DNA of 64,000 nucleotides from Balanoglossus misakiensis (Eukaryota; Animalia; Hemichordata): the NCBI GenBank assembly GCA_040954595.2, contig CM082596.2:5654791-5718790 (forward strand), given 5' to 3'. Within the stretch, counting starts at the first letter, position 1; each line of letters begins with the position of its first letter. Both the position numbers and the translations under genes were made by a program. The notes beneath the pieces were generated by a model. The model ran no database searches and was not told the DNA's origin. It worked only from the letters and a program-made list of their open reading frames with translations. Shown here piece by piece: positions 11,501 to 24,000 of the stretch.

Positions 11501-14500
11501 GTGGCTCACTAATATTTTATGCCATGCCTCTTGTTGGAGGGCTGTTAATTTTTAAAGACATTGGAAAATGTGATTCTTGCATCAGGTCATGTGTTGTTTG
11601 CATGCTTAGCTGCATTCAAAGGCTGTCTGCTCCATCATGTAAAGTAATAATTTTGGGGGTTGAACCGTTGAATTGTGAAAAAATAGGCTGCTTGTAATTG
11701 AAAAGGTTAAGAGCATGCGTATTGAAGTTCCAAGCATGGGTGATGCCTTTTTCTCGACGTGATTTGAATTTGATTGTCATCCCTGCCTGTAACCGTAGGA
11801 TGAGTCAGAGGATTCTTGTGCTAGTTTAAAGAAAGAAACTGATGCAATGTGTAATGAACTCAGGTGGTGTAATACTCACTGTGTATTAAGGTGCTATTAT
11901 CAGAAATTGAAGATTTCGTGTGACTCTCTCTGCAGATGGTGCCACAGATCGTACAGGGAGTGCTTCGAGGACTGAATGGTGCTGTCATCGATTCTATCTA
12001 CGGAACCCGTGGAATACCCTTCCATGCACCTCCCCCTCCCCCACCCCCTCGACCACCACCACCACCTCCCCCACCACCACCCGCACCACCAGTGATCCCC
12101 ATGCCCATGCCGACTCCTGCCCAGACTGCAGAGGGCAGCGCGGCTGGACCAAGCAGACGTAAGTGGGTGCAGTACGTTTATACAAGTTGGCTGCAATGAA
12201 ATACTGATGCACAAATTAATGACAGTTGGCATTTTGTGTGTGTTTACTGGGCTTGATTATAATCAAAACTACTGATACCACATTTTCCACTGAAGGGAGT
12301 GAAATGACTCACGATCCTGTTTAAATCTTCTCCTTACAGCAACATACTGTCATGTTGGTATCATCTGTGATAACTGTGACCGGACTATTGTGGGAGTGCG
12401 CTACAAGTGTGGGTAAGTGAAGAAGATATGTTTATGGTGTAGTCAAACCATTCTTCAACATGTCCTGTGGGGTTTGAACTAGAAATGGCAGTTGACTTAA
12501 AAAAATAGCCATAAGTTGTTTCTGATAAAGCTGTCGAAGCAACTCATTTAATCGATTTTGTTGTCCAACACCCTTTTTTTCTCAGAAATTGCTCTGATTA
12601 CGACCTGTGTGAGGAGTGTGAGAGCCTAGAAAATGTGCACGATGACAGCCATGTATTCCTGAAGCTGAAACGTCCCGCCATCGGAGCTGGCAGACAACCA
12701 GAGGGCCACCTGGAACCCATGTTGAGAACTGTTGTCTACAATGAAAGTCAGGGTGTCCCACCATATGTGGCCCCAATGTGAGTTCAAAGTTCATGCTTTT
12801 TGGAGTGTATACTTATGATTTTACGCACAAAAAATCCAGTCATGACCGACTAGAGATTATGCTGAATTTCAAGACTCTTTTGTTCGTCCTAATCCGTCAT
12901 GTTTTGTCTTGTGCATAGCACATGATACACAACAAATGATGATGTCACCCTGTTTTGGGCTTGTGCATGTCACATGGTACACAACAAATGATGATGTCAC
13001 CATGTTCCATCCTGACACTTATGTGCACCCTTGCAAAATTTCATAGCTGCGGGAAATATTTTATCATTTTCCTGCTGAAATGTAGTTTTCGTTGGCATTC
13101 AAAAAACTAATCTTTCAATCTAATCTTTCAAAGCTGCAGTAACTGGTGGCACAAAAAGATGATGAGAGCTGAAAGGAAAGCGGAGAGGAAAACCGAGAAG
13201 AAAGATAAGAAGTGCGAGAGAGTGGTGGAGAAGATGAAGAGACGGGAGGAGACGCTGAAAGAGAAATGCGAACGAAAGATGGAGAAAATGAAGGAGAAGT
13301 TTGAGAGACGGGAGGAGAAGATGAAGAGACGTCTTGAAGGCAGGGAGGGAGCCATGCCAAGCAAGAAGGAGAAGACCAAGGCGTCCATGCAAGAAGGAAC
13401 TGATGAGGAAACAGTGCCGCTGTTGTCGTCTGCATCACCGTACGCCAAACTACTTGAGTAAGTTTCAGTGTATGGGATCATTTTTTCAGCCGTGTGTGTA
13501 TATGTGTGTGTAAGACTATGCCATCCATTGAATTGAAAATTATAGTCTTCACGTTGTAACATGAGTTATGTTTTTCTATGGCAGTAAAATGGACGCAAGG
13601 TTTTTGAGAGATGGAAACATGCCTGACGACACCCACGTACAACCTGGCACCAAATTTATCAAGCATTGGGTCATGGAAAACCAAGGCACTCTACCATGGA
13701 ATGCAGAGACCAGGGTAAATATGCGCATCATCATTGCCTGAGACTGTTTGTGGAGGTGGTTTATTTCATGGTGAGGTTTAAGTTGGTCAGCTTAAGTGCA
13801 GTGTACAACACACACTTTGGGCTGAATTTTCCAGAACTCATTGAGGTTTCATGGTTCTAATGGTTGCTTGTTGCGATGTTCACCTTGACAGTTGAAGCTA
13901 CTCTGGGGAAGCATTGATATCACGTGCAGCCCAGAAGTGGAAGTACCAACACTCTCCCCCGGCCAAGAGGGAACCGTCAGTGTCGGATTCGAAGCCCCGA
14001 AGCAGCCGGGCCAGTATCAGAGCCACTGGCGCATGTGCCAGGGAGAGGAGGGATTCGGTCACCGGGTCTGGTGCTCCATCGTTGTCGACGAGCCAGAGAT
14101 GCTGGAACCCACAAGTCAGTCGGTGGTGGAGAAAGTGCTAGTGGCAGAAGGGGAGGACAGGCAACAGGCAGAAGAGCCACAAGAGGAGGTTGCTGAGGTG
14201 AGTTCTTTGTGTGCGTGCAGTTCCGCCCCAGGGATGTATGGGGTTTCATTAAGCACATCTACATGTATAACATCACTAGGGCTGGTGGGCCATCTGGACC
14301 CCCTGCAACTGTTTCTGTTCATATTTAAATCATAATAGAGTGGAAAGGTCAAAGCAAATAGCCATATAATAATAATATTGAGGGGAAACTGGTGGTTTCC
14401 TTTGTTGAGGAAAGATAGAGAGTTGCAAATTAATTTTTGGTTGAAAAAGATGTGTGTTCTGAGAGATGTGGTGGTCCAAGTGAGAGAGAAAATACTGGAA

Positions 14501-17500
14501 GCTGTGAAGTCTGTTTCTGAAGTGAGTATGAGATGTAGCTAAGTGTTGATACAAAGGATGGAGTAGATAATGTATGTACAGCGTGTGCGTGTAGGTCGAG
14601 TGGACAATGGAACATGTATCTTTTGTTGTGATGGTTAGAGAGAGATTTGCTTCTCTGTTGCTGCCAAGTTTAATCAAGTTGGCTTACTCTTGTTTAGTCA
14701 GATATAAGCAACCAAAAGTTTGATAGTAATTAACTGATGTGATGAAGTGCATTTAATTTGTGTGCGAAATTGTGTGGATTTGATCAGCTGTTTTGAGTGT
14801 CTGTGTATAATAGTCATGCAATAATAATAATGCCTTCCATGTTAGCTCTCATGAAGGCAATGTATACAGTACACATCAAGTATGAAAAGAGCACAAATAT
14901 ACAATAAAAACAGATAATCAGTACACCCATCTCCTTCCTCTTGCTGTTCAGGTTATAGAAGAAATCACCAACAGAGAGGATCCCAGCGATCACAGTCTCG
15001 GCGATGAAGAGAACTGCAGAAAGGGCAGCTGTGAATCCATATCAGCCCAGGACATGCTGGCATTCGAACTGCTGGATATACAAGAGTCAAGTACGCCAAA
15101 CAACACTCCAATCGGTGCGTTCCCTGATTTTATATTTTATTCTGATTTTAAAAACTTTGTCAGGGGTTTTCATGACGATAGTCAGTGAGGACGTTAGGGA
15201 TGATTGTTTTTGAGGGACTGCACGTGCGGCTTTGTTGTTTAAATGGAGTTATTCAAAAGTGCGTTGTTGTTTTGATATTTAGATTAGATGGTCATGTGAC
15301 TATATGCAAATTTCAAGTGCTGTAAAGGGGCCAGCCTCGTTACGAGATGTCATGCTTTGCATATTATCATTGTTGGCCGCTGCCTACAGCACAATACAGT
15401 GCAGAGTGACAGATTTAGATAGATAGATATTTTTCCATTTGAGAATTCAGATCATGATAATAAGGCATTTATTGTTGTTCGTAATTGATGATAAAATCAG
15501 ATATATCAAAATCAGCGTCAGAAGAAAAACAGTAACATACGATCTGAAAAATCATGAAAATAAAGTGTCTAGAAAAGGGAAGTGTTTTAAATCTTAAATC
15601 AACACCTCTTTTGTCTGCTCAAGGACATTTGTATGAGAAGTGAAAATAAAGGTGAAAAAACATGTTCCTTTTTCCCTCTCCGTGCCCTTTTACTTTTTTG
15701 GCCTGTACTGTACTGTCCTTTACTGTACTGTAATTATGCTTTGATATCCATCCCGACAGACATGACGCCTAGGATATCACCTCTACCGCTGGATGAAAAC
15801 CTCCTACAGCAGCAGATCTCCAAGTGCAGCGCAGCCAGCAGCAGCAGCAGCAGTGTGGAGATAATTGACACACCGGACGAGGAGCAAAAAGAGAAAGTTG
15901 AAGAACCACCAAAAGATGACGAGTTGTCAGTCGCGGATAAGATGGAACACTTAGAAATCGTATCTGGTATGCATCATTAGGGCTGGTATCAATTTTTGCA
16001 AAATTTACTCTGTTCAAATTTGCAGTCATCTAATCAAAGTAGTGTTGTAGTGGCTTGTCTATTCAAGTCCAAATAACCACATATTTTTTCTAAGTGACAC
16101 CTATCAGATTTTCCCATTGATTTTCTTAACGAAAACATTTTTCCAATTTATACAGAGACTGGTGGCACAGTGGACGATGACACGGCCAGTGAATTCAGCC
16201 ATCTATCAGATGATACTTTAGAAGATTTCTGTATTGTACCACTCCCTGAATGTTTCGACAGGACCATACCACTGGACAAGTCAATGACCAGTTCACAGAT
16301 GGACAGCAATAGTATAAGTGAGGTGGGTTGTCCATTTACTTTGACAAAACAGTATCCATGTCACCAGTCTGTTCACCCCTGTTTGACGTTCTATGGGTCC
16401 AAGCATGCCATTTAAAAAGTATAGGGTTTATCCACTGATTAGTGGTGAATGGGTGAAACAAATTTTGTGTATAGCAAGGTTTTTTCTGTCCAAGCAGTGG
16501 ATGAAACATGACCTATTTTTGACAGGGTGTTTGCTTTGACTGACTATACTATTTTCCCCCCATTGCAACAGAGTGAACTCGCAGACGCTGATGTCGAAGC
16601 ACCCACAGAGGCGGAACGAGTAAGCGTGGACGACATGATGGCCACCTCGCAGCCGAACGCCCAACCCGAGCCACTCATCCCCGTCACGCTGACAAGCAAC
16701 GCGGCACCAACCATGGTGTCCACCATCACGGTGGCCATCAGCCCGATCGCCGCTGACGCGACTGTGAGGGCAGCAGAGCTCGATGGCGGCAGAGACGAGG
16801 CTGTCAGCGATGAGGAGAATGATGCTGCAGAAGAGGAAAAAGAGGACAAAGCCGCCAACGATGCCGCTGTTGATGACGAAAGCCAAAACGAGGAGGATGA
16901 CAAGTGGGCCGAGGCAACTGGTGACACACCCGGTGACCGAAGTGATGACGCACCGGACGACAGAACAGAAGACAGGAGGGATGATGATGAAGAGAGAGAA
17001 GGCAATGGTGATGAGATGCCGGGAGCAACGGGCGGTGTGTATAGTGACGAGGCGTGGAGAGAAGAGCCTGCGTAAGTTTTGACCATTACTTCGATGTGCA
17101 ACTTTTGTTTCATGACAAACTTGAGCCGCTAGCGTAACTGGCTGTGTGATGATTTAACCAATTTATATCTGCAGTATAAAGTGAACACTTATGATGTGTG
17201 TGTGTGTATCTTTTTGGTTTTATAGGTTTGACCCTGTGAAAGCTATGGAATATGCTGGCGGATTGGCGGTACAAGCTTTTAGTGCCGCTGCCAGAACTGG
17301 TAGTCATGTGGTCAGTGCAATACTAAGCCCGGTAAGACGTTGTCACATGCTTTGTATATTTTTAACATTATGGTACACTGTTTTACATTGCAAAGTGTTG
17401 ACTGCAAAAATGATGAAAAGACCAAGCAACTTAAATTGTGTGGCGTTGATTTGCAGAAACCACCCCCGGCCAGGTCACAGTGGCCACCTGAGAAGAAGGA

Positions 17501-17654
17501 GCCCCAGAGTCCCATGGATCAGCTGATCGACATGGGATTCTGCAACCGGGCCCACAACACCGAGCTGCTCGCCAAACACGACGGCGACGTGGCGAGGGTT
17601 GTCCAGGAGCTGCTGGCGGACACCGAAAATGACTGGCACGCAAACAGACACTAA
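8507..17654 (+). CDS. NBR1: Next to BRCA1 gene 1 protein, selective autophagy receptor (PB1-ZZ-CC-FW-LIR-UBA), ~1074 aa
   Basis: Exons: 8507-8602, 8708-8770, 8926-8944, 10019-10254, 10485-10712, 11936-12158, 12340-12412, 12586-12777, 13140-13457, 13585-13714, 13892-14197, 14952-15114, 15760-15966, 16156-16322, 16572-17071, 17226-17331, 17457-17654 (3225 nt, frame-consistent). PB1: ITWENLEAM...FKYVDEENDEVCLNSE. ZZ: CDNCDRTIVGVRYKCGNCSDYDLCEEC. FW: PGTKFIKHWVMENQG...YQSHWRM...FGHRVWCSIVV. LIR region: EDFCIVPLPECFD. UBA: QLIDMGFCNRAHNTELLAKHDGDVARVVQELL. Confidence 0.95.
12901..13003. repeat. Two-copy ~51-bp tandem duplication in an NBR1 intron
   Basis: gttttg..cttgtgcat..cacatg.tacacaacaaatgatgatgtcacc occurs twice in tandem. 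Confidence 0.8.
14360..14690 (-). mobile_element. Probable decayed 3' end of a CR1/L2-group LINE in an NBR1 intron
   Basis: Broken minus-strand frames give FHCPL...LSLGPPHLSEHT, resembling the HxxxxCPxY...LLFGxxxLS C-terminus of CR1-group ORF2. This is followed by a short (TAT)n tail. Resemblance is from memory only. Confidence 0.4.
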
Positions 17655-19389
17655 AAACATTGACACCTTCATTTTTATGAAGCATTTGCAAACAGTAGCA
17701 GGCTACTGCAACTAGCCCCTCGTATAATTGGTCAAAAAAAAATATTCAGAAGCCCAAGCTCGATTTTGAAATTTTGGTGAATGCCTAGGTTGTCTCCAAC
17801 CTTTGTTGTTGCATGGTATTCTTATTATTCGTATTATCAATTTTGATTTACTGTTGTGATGTTTTTAAAACGTATATATTGCCTACTATTAAAAAAAAAT
17901 GTACCCCTGATAAAAGAAGGTTCTTACAAGCAAAAGTGTAAAGATAGTTCGAGGATTTTCATGTTGTAACATATTAGTGTTTGTCTGTAGAGCCAAGCAC
18001 CCTTTTCTAAGCTGCAAGGACACCATTGAAAATGGCCAGGTTATTTGTTGCATGCATTGCAAGTTTTTCAAAACAGCCTGTACTTAAGCAATATCGATCT
18101 TGAGCATTTCATCATGACTTCCCGTGTAAACCTCAACACACTGATGTGCTGTTTGTAGATGACATCATCGCATTGTGTGTGTTGCACTGGTTACATTGTC
18201 ATACTTTAGTCATAGCAGACACAACCCTCCCTATGTCATTTCTATTTATCCTGTCTATTAGTAATAATCAGAAGGTATTGTCTATTATTTTATAGAGTCT
18301 GGGAGACATAGAGATAAATTATCAGCAATTTGTGTGCTGTCATGTTAATATTTATGCTAAGGAAGAGAGTCAGAAACAATCTTGAAAATTTCTGTGCATA
18401 CTGAAAATGTAGAACTATACTCTCAGTCATAATATTAAGTAAACAAAAAATTAGCAGTAGTGAAGTTATCTACTAGTTAAGTACCAGTAGGTCTTTCCTC
18501 TGTTCTCAACACAAGAATTTCCTCAGTCTTGACATTGCAGTTACTTAAATTATGAGAGTTATATTGAAACATGCTGAAATGATGTGAAAACAAAACAAGA
18601 TAGCCTGCTTTGAAATTAGTGGTGGTCATATCATGTATGAAGCTGACAACGGTGAATAATCTGCAAAGCCCGACTGTTGCATTTTCCATTTATTTACCTA
18701 CAGACATTGAAGTTACGTGAAGGTCTATACATTGAACAAGCGCTTTGTTCATTCAAAAACATTTTCTGCTCGTATTTGTGCATGTATGTAGAAAAATGTA
18801 AACATTTGAGATTTGTTTTCGGGTGAGTTTATCCTGATTTAGATGAAGTCTTTATTTATCATTATTATATATTTACTATTATTGCAGCCATTATCGCGCA
18901 TGGGCTGTTTGTTTTTTGTTTTAAGCTTTTTCCTGTAGAGCCACTTCTTTGCTTTTCAGCACTAATTGCCTACCAAATACCGAAAATTTTAATTGCATTT
19001 ACAGAGAATATGTGGGTGTGTAGTTGAGTCAGGTGTGTGGGAGAATTTTATCATTTTTTGGTACTGAATGTCTGTGTTGTGTGTTGGCGTGTGGCGAGAC
19101 AAGAGTTCCATCTGTGAGGATATGAGGGAGAGAGCAAAATAAATCTATTGAGAGAAAAATACTTAATGGAAAGCAAGTGAGTGCAAGGTGTCTAGACTGT
19201 GTATTGGATTGCATGGAATGTAGCAAATAAAATACATTCAGTGCTCAACATGTCTCTGTGAGTTTTGTTGCGGTGCCATATGAGTTGATTATGAGAATTT
19301 TTAGCTGACATCATAACCAGAAATCTGTCCAGCAGTAGGAGTTTACCCAAGTTCAGATAGTTCTGACGAATGTGTAAAGTGCTTTGCGC

Positions 19390-19482
19390 CCTCCACGGCA
19401 AGTATAAAAGTTGCCAATCTAAGTTGCGGCCACTACGTAGGGGGCGCAACTTAGATTGGCAACTTTAATATACCGTAGGAGG
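19390..19482. repeat. Near-perfect hairpin/palindrome between NBR1 and beta-catenin, probably a transposon end
   Basis: 22-bp perfect arms AAAGTTGCCAATCTAAGTTGCG (19407-19428 / 19445-19466), a central palindrome CTACGTAG, and outer arms cctccacgg / ccgtaggagg. Confidence 0.8.
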
Positions 19483-20699
19483 ATAAAACTATCCACCAGT
19501 ACTATACTACGAATTCTGGTTTATGATAGACACCCATCGTCGGGAGAAACAATGAAATTCTGGGTTTTACATGTACTGGATTGACATATACATACATAAG
19601 CATGGTAAGGGCATGGGGGTACCTAAATACCTTCATGGTACAAGGGTGAACAACGCAAGAGGTTTTTCGCAAATCCAAACCAACCCAATCCAATCCAAAA
19701 GTCAATTTAAAGTCAACAATGAAAACTGGAAACAAAGGTCGACGTAAATGGAAATGTAAAAGTCTATTGGCAGTTTGTTTCGCTCCGATCCGACGCCCAC
19801 TTTCGATGCTACCCGGCCCAAAATTCGTGATGACAAAGAAACCCGTTCACACCACAGCAATCAATTACCAGTCGTCGTTAACTCCCCCTTTACAATTTTC
19901 CATCACAATTGTTTGCAATTAACCCGGAGACAATAGGAAGTTAATGAGTATATTCAAACTTCTCCGCCTATTCAAGTTCGAGTTCAAAAACTATGGTGTT
20001 ACGTAAGCTGCTATCTACACTGAGAAAAACAGCTGTGTTGCTTGACAATTACATTATGTAGCATCATGGAGGTACTAAGAGAAGGTAGCGTATAGAGGTA
20101 GGAAAGATAGCGTACTATGAAATCGCTTATTGATTATCCCCCCGATTCGGACGGTACGCTATCTGTGGTGTACATACATCTTTTATATCTATGGAAGTCA
20201 ATGTTTGGACTTGCTGCTACTTGGAAGAAGTTGTTTTATGTATAAACAGATGACAAGAAAAAAACTTATTTAACGCATACTGTACATTTATATGTACACT
20301 GCACATACTTGTACATATCTATTTACATCATGAAATGTACATGATGATGTACATTCATGTGTACATGAAGATGTCGCAAAATATTCGCACGTTTTTCTTT
20401 CTCTCCAGTCAAAAGGAACTTGCTTGTCCATGAAATGTGATATGTGTGATTCTAAGTTCACTAAGTTCAGTCGATTTAGAGTCATGCCGACAGAAAGTAG
20501 TCTAGGGAAACTTTACTAGTAATATGGGCCTGTCAAACAATTCGTTTCATTTCTGGAACTGATCTTTCGCACCGACTTGTTTGTCGTGGAAATTTGTCAA
20601 ACTCACAATATTTCAGAAAGTTTATGGTTTCCATCCCTGTCTGAGTAAATGGTTTCGTCCGTCAAGGCGTGGTCTTGTGATTGAATATTAGCAAACCCT

Positions 20700-21045
20700 G
20701 CTGTGCATTGTTTTGTGTGGAAAGTTGGGATTGGAATTATTTCGAAATTACTTTTCGCTCCAAAAGTGAACAAAAAGTTCACATTTCCGATTGCAAAAGA
20801 CGCATCATACCCGAGTGCAGTATAGCTTGCTTTGTTTTGAGAGTTGTTTTTTTGAAAATTTTGATTTTCATGTAAATCAAGGCAGGGTTTTGTATTGAAA
20901 AGTATACACCATCCACTGACACATTCCGATCGAGTGAGTATGTTTAGAACTTCATAACCACCTACTGATTATTCATGCGCGTGTTGTTGGTTTCAACTTT
21001 GGTGCCCAGAATCGATTACAGAAGAAGGCAGAGCAGCTAGTAAGT
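20700..21045 (+). promoter_or_regulatory. Candidate beta-catenin promoter / non-coding first exon
   Basis: Strong donor-like sites cga|gtgagt (~20933) and cta|gtaagt (~21039) lie in a CpG-richer stretch upstream of a long ORF-free region. That region ends at the acceptor (tttctttccacag, 27363) of the ATG exon. Inference only. Confidence 0.3.
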
Positions 21046-24000
21046 ATAAGATTTTCTCACAGAGTTCAAAAACGCCAGTTGTTGTCTTGATTCCGTAAAA
21101 GGGACTTAAGTGTTGGAACATAACCTGGGACTATTTTCTTCACCTCGGAGGGATTCGGGGTTTGATTGACAGCTCCTACTCCCAGCGTTGTTCGTTACAC
21201 TGGCACGAACCACGCCATTTTATGTCTGCATTTAGTGTCTGGAAATCGCCTGTATTTTGTACGTTTCTGAGAGTATATTCTGTCCTCGACACCAAACAGT
21301 AGTGTTTTGTAGGCCCTGATCTTTTGGTAAGTACGCTTCTGTGGCGTTCGTCACACATTTGTGGCACTTTTCGGGGGGATATTTGTTGCAGAGTGGAGCT
21401 GGTGTAATGTATACCCCTCCGTGAAGTATTTGAGTGTCAACTACCTTGGGAAAGGCCGCACTGAGTTTGACTGGATTTTTCCGCTGTGTGCATGGAATTG
21501 ATCAAAACCATCGCTGAATAATCCAGTGGGTATTTCCCAACGTGTATAATACGTGTACGGTGGTGTAAAAATATGCATTTTCTGCAGAAAACCTGGCCCT
21601 TTGGGGTCAGACCCAGCTGTGCGTGTATATATTTACAAAACCGTGCATAATGAGTTCACTGCAAGAGACGAGTTTCTCACTTCATAGACAAACTCGTCAC
21701 GTCAGTTGAAGCGAGGTAATGGCGCAGACAAAAAAGCATCGAAGGTGACCGGTTTATTAGTAACCGTGTCCTTGATCGCTGGGTAAGATTTCGCACGACT
21801 TTCATAAGGGTAAACCCGGGTAGAGCAACACGATCTTAAATCTGTGTGTGTGGATGAAATTTGTGAACCGGTCTCTGAGTGGCTATTCTATTGTTATGGC
21901 GGCGAAGCCAGTTTTGTGTCTGCCAGTTTATGGTAGCTATTGCCGATTTCATGGAAACACCACATCTACGTCTGTCGGTGTAGTTAGATAGATAGTTGTA
22001 AAATTTGATTATGACGATATTTGCGTGACAGTTCATCAAGTTTTGGGATCAGGATCTAAATGTACTTAGTAACTTGACGCAGTTTTGAATTTGTCTAAAA
22101 AATCACTGTCGCACACCAATTTATATCATTTAAAATTATGGTCAAACGGTGCGGCCTGTAATAAAGTATTCGCTGAGGGCTAATGAACAGCGTTTTATCA
22201 TCAATGTCATGGTAGAATGTGACGACAGTATAAGAATACCAACATCAGCTGTTTAACATCGCGGGTTCAAACTGTAAATGTGTTGTATGGGCAGTGTTAT
22301 TGTTAGAAGAGGCCCAGCATCAAGAGTGCATCTTTTGAAATTGAGAGATAAAAAACTAAAAAGAGATTGTGTTATGAAGCGAATATGTCACCGCTTTTGT
22401 GTTGTACTGACCCGGCCAACTTATTTTTGAAATCATGGGGGTCAACCGAAATGAAGGTGCATTGTGTTAGAATGCAAATAACCTCTATTTCAAACTTGAC
22501 TATGCAAATTGTTATTCCCTGGCTGTTGAAGGGAACACAACAAAAGGTCATTTGGGTCTGTCATTGGACAGGAATATATTAGTCACTGGAGGCCAGCCAG
22601 AGAATGGGGGCTTTGGTCGAAAACTTAAAAACACTTCCCAACAATGCACACACCTTTTCTTGTGAGGACTAAGAGCTTCCTGTCTTTGAAAGGTAGGAAA
22701 ATATTCCACATTCCCGTGATCTCCCCTGTGTTTTTCGGAAGACTGGTGAAGGGTCAGATTGAAAGGAAACAAAACAGTTTGTCTAAATCCCTGATCAGAT
22801 AATGTAGCTCTAAGGTCAAGAATCGCAGACACTGTCCGCGAAGGTATTTATGTCTGAGAGAAACTTGTTAGTCTGGACCCAGTGTTGTTGCTGTATTCAG
22901 ATTTTGTCAGGTATTGATATAACCATATTTCCTGTCCTGTCAAGTACTCGCATTCCGTGATAGTGGCAGTCATTTTGTTTCAGTGTCGGAGACACACAAA
23001 CCCCAGCACAGTGCCGGCAACATTCCTTCCGTCGATACCGTAACCAAGCGATGCTTGGATGGCGAACAGTCATCGCTTTGTCTAGAAATGTGGATTTGGG
23101 CCGAGTTCTCTGTAATAGGAAGTTATATTTTTAGCTCATAGTGTGTGAAGTCGCATCACTTGGGGGGGGGGGGGGTGATTCAAACTGGTAGACTGGTGTG
23201 AAACATTGGCGTAATTAAAAAAATTGCAATGCAAGGAAACTAAATTTCATGCTTGAGTAAATTTTAATTGATTATCTGATGTCATGGGCAGCTGTTGATG
23301 TCAATTGTGACTGGGTGAGAGATGGGTGTGGGAGCAGTAGGGGTTATTAGTCATGCAGAACAATTCCAAGTGCATCTAGCTTCATCAATGTGCCTTTCCA
23401 TCACACAAGTACCATTTGAAGTATTGTAGAATCTCAACAGATATGCACAGAGTCAGTGAATCTCGGTGATCTGTTCTGTGTGAAGTCATCATCTGGGTGT
23501 TGGAAGATTAACACACTTCCTCACACTTGCCTGTCAGTACCACTGTTCTACACTTGACCTCTTACTTCATTATTGATCTATGATAACGATCAAAGTCATT
23601 TAATTCAACAAGATCACAGGATGTAGTCCAACACACACCTGTCTGGCAAACTTCCAAAATGATTAACCCCATCACTATATTTATACCAACCACCAACTTC
23701 CAACCACCCATCATATATTATCTGACTCCCCTAATCCAAGAAAATTTTTATTAGTGAATAATTTTTTGTGTGAGGGTACTGTGTACATGCACAAGTGAAA
23801 CAGTTGATTTATTAGCATAGATGTGTTGCCAGACCTCTGGCATTATTGCACGTTTTAATTTGAAACTGTTGGCATACTTTTGTGATGATTATCCAAGATG
23901 TGGATGTGATAAGTGTGTGGGAGGGGAGTACCTGAAGTCTAAGTCATAGTTAAGGTGGTGTGTTGTCAACCAGGTGTAAAATTTAAGCCAATTGGGCAGG

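Noticed and set aside
12930-13020. ATGATGA...CTGA in an NBR1 intron resembling a C/D snoRNA
   Set aside because: The box C-like words come from a tandem duplication; there is no terminal stem or recognisable guide.
16428-17113. Long minus-strand Ser/Leu-rich ORFs
   Set aside because: Antisense to the acidic NBR1 exon.
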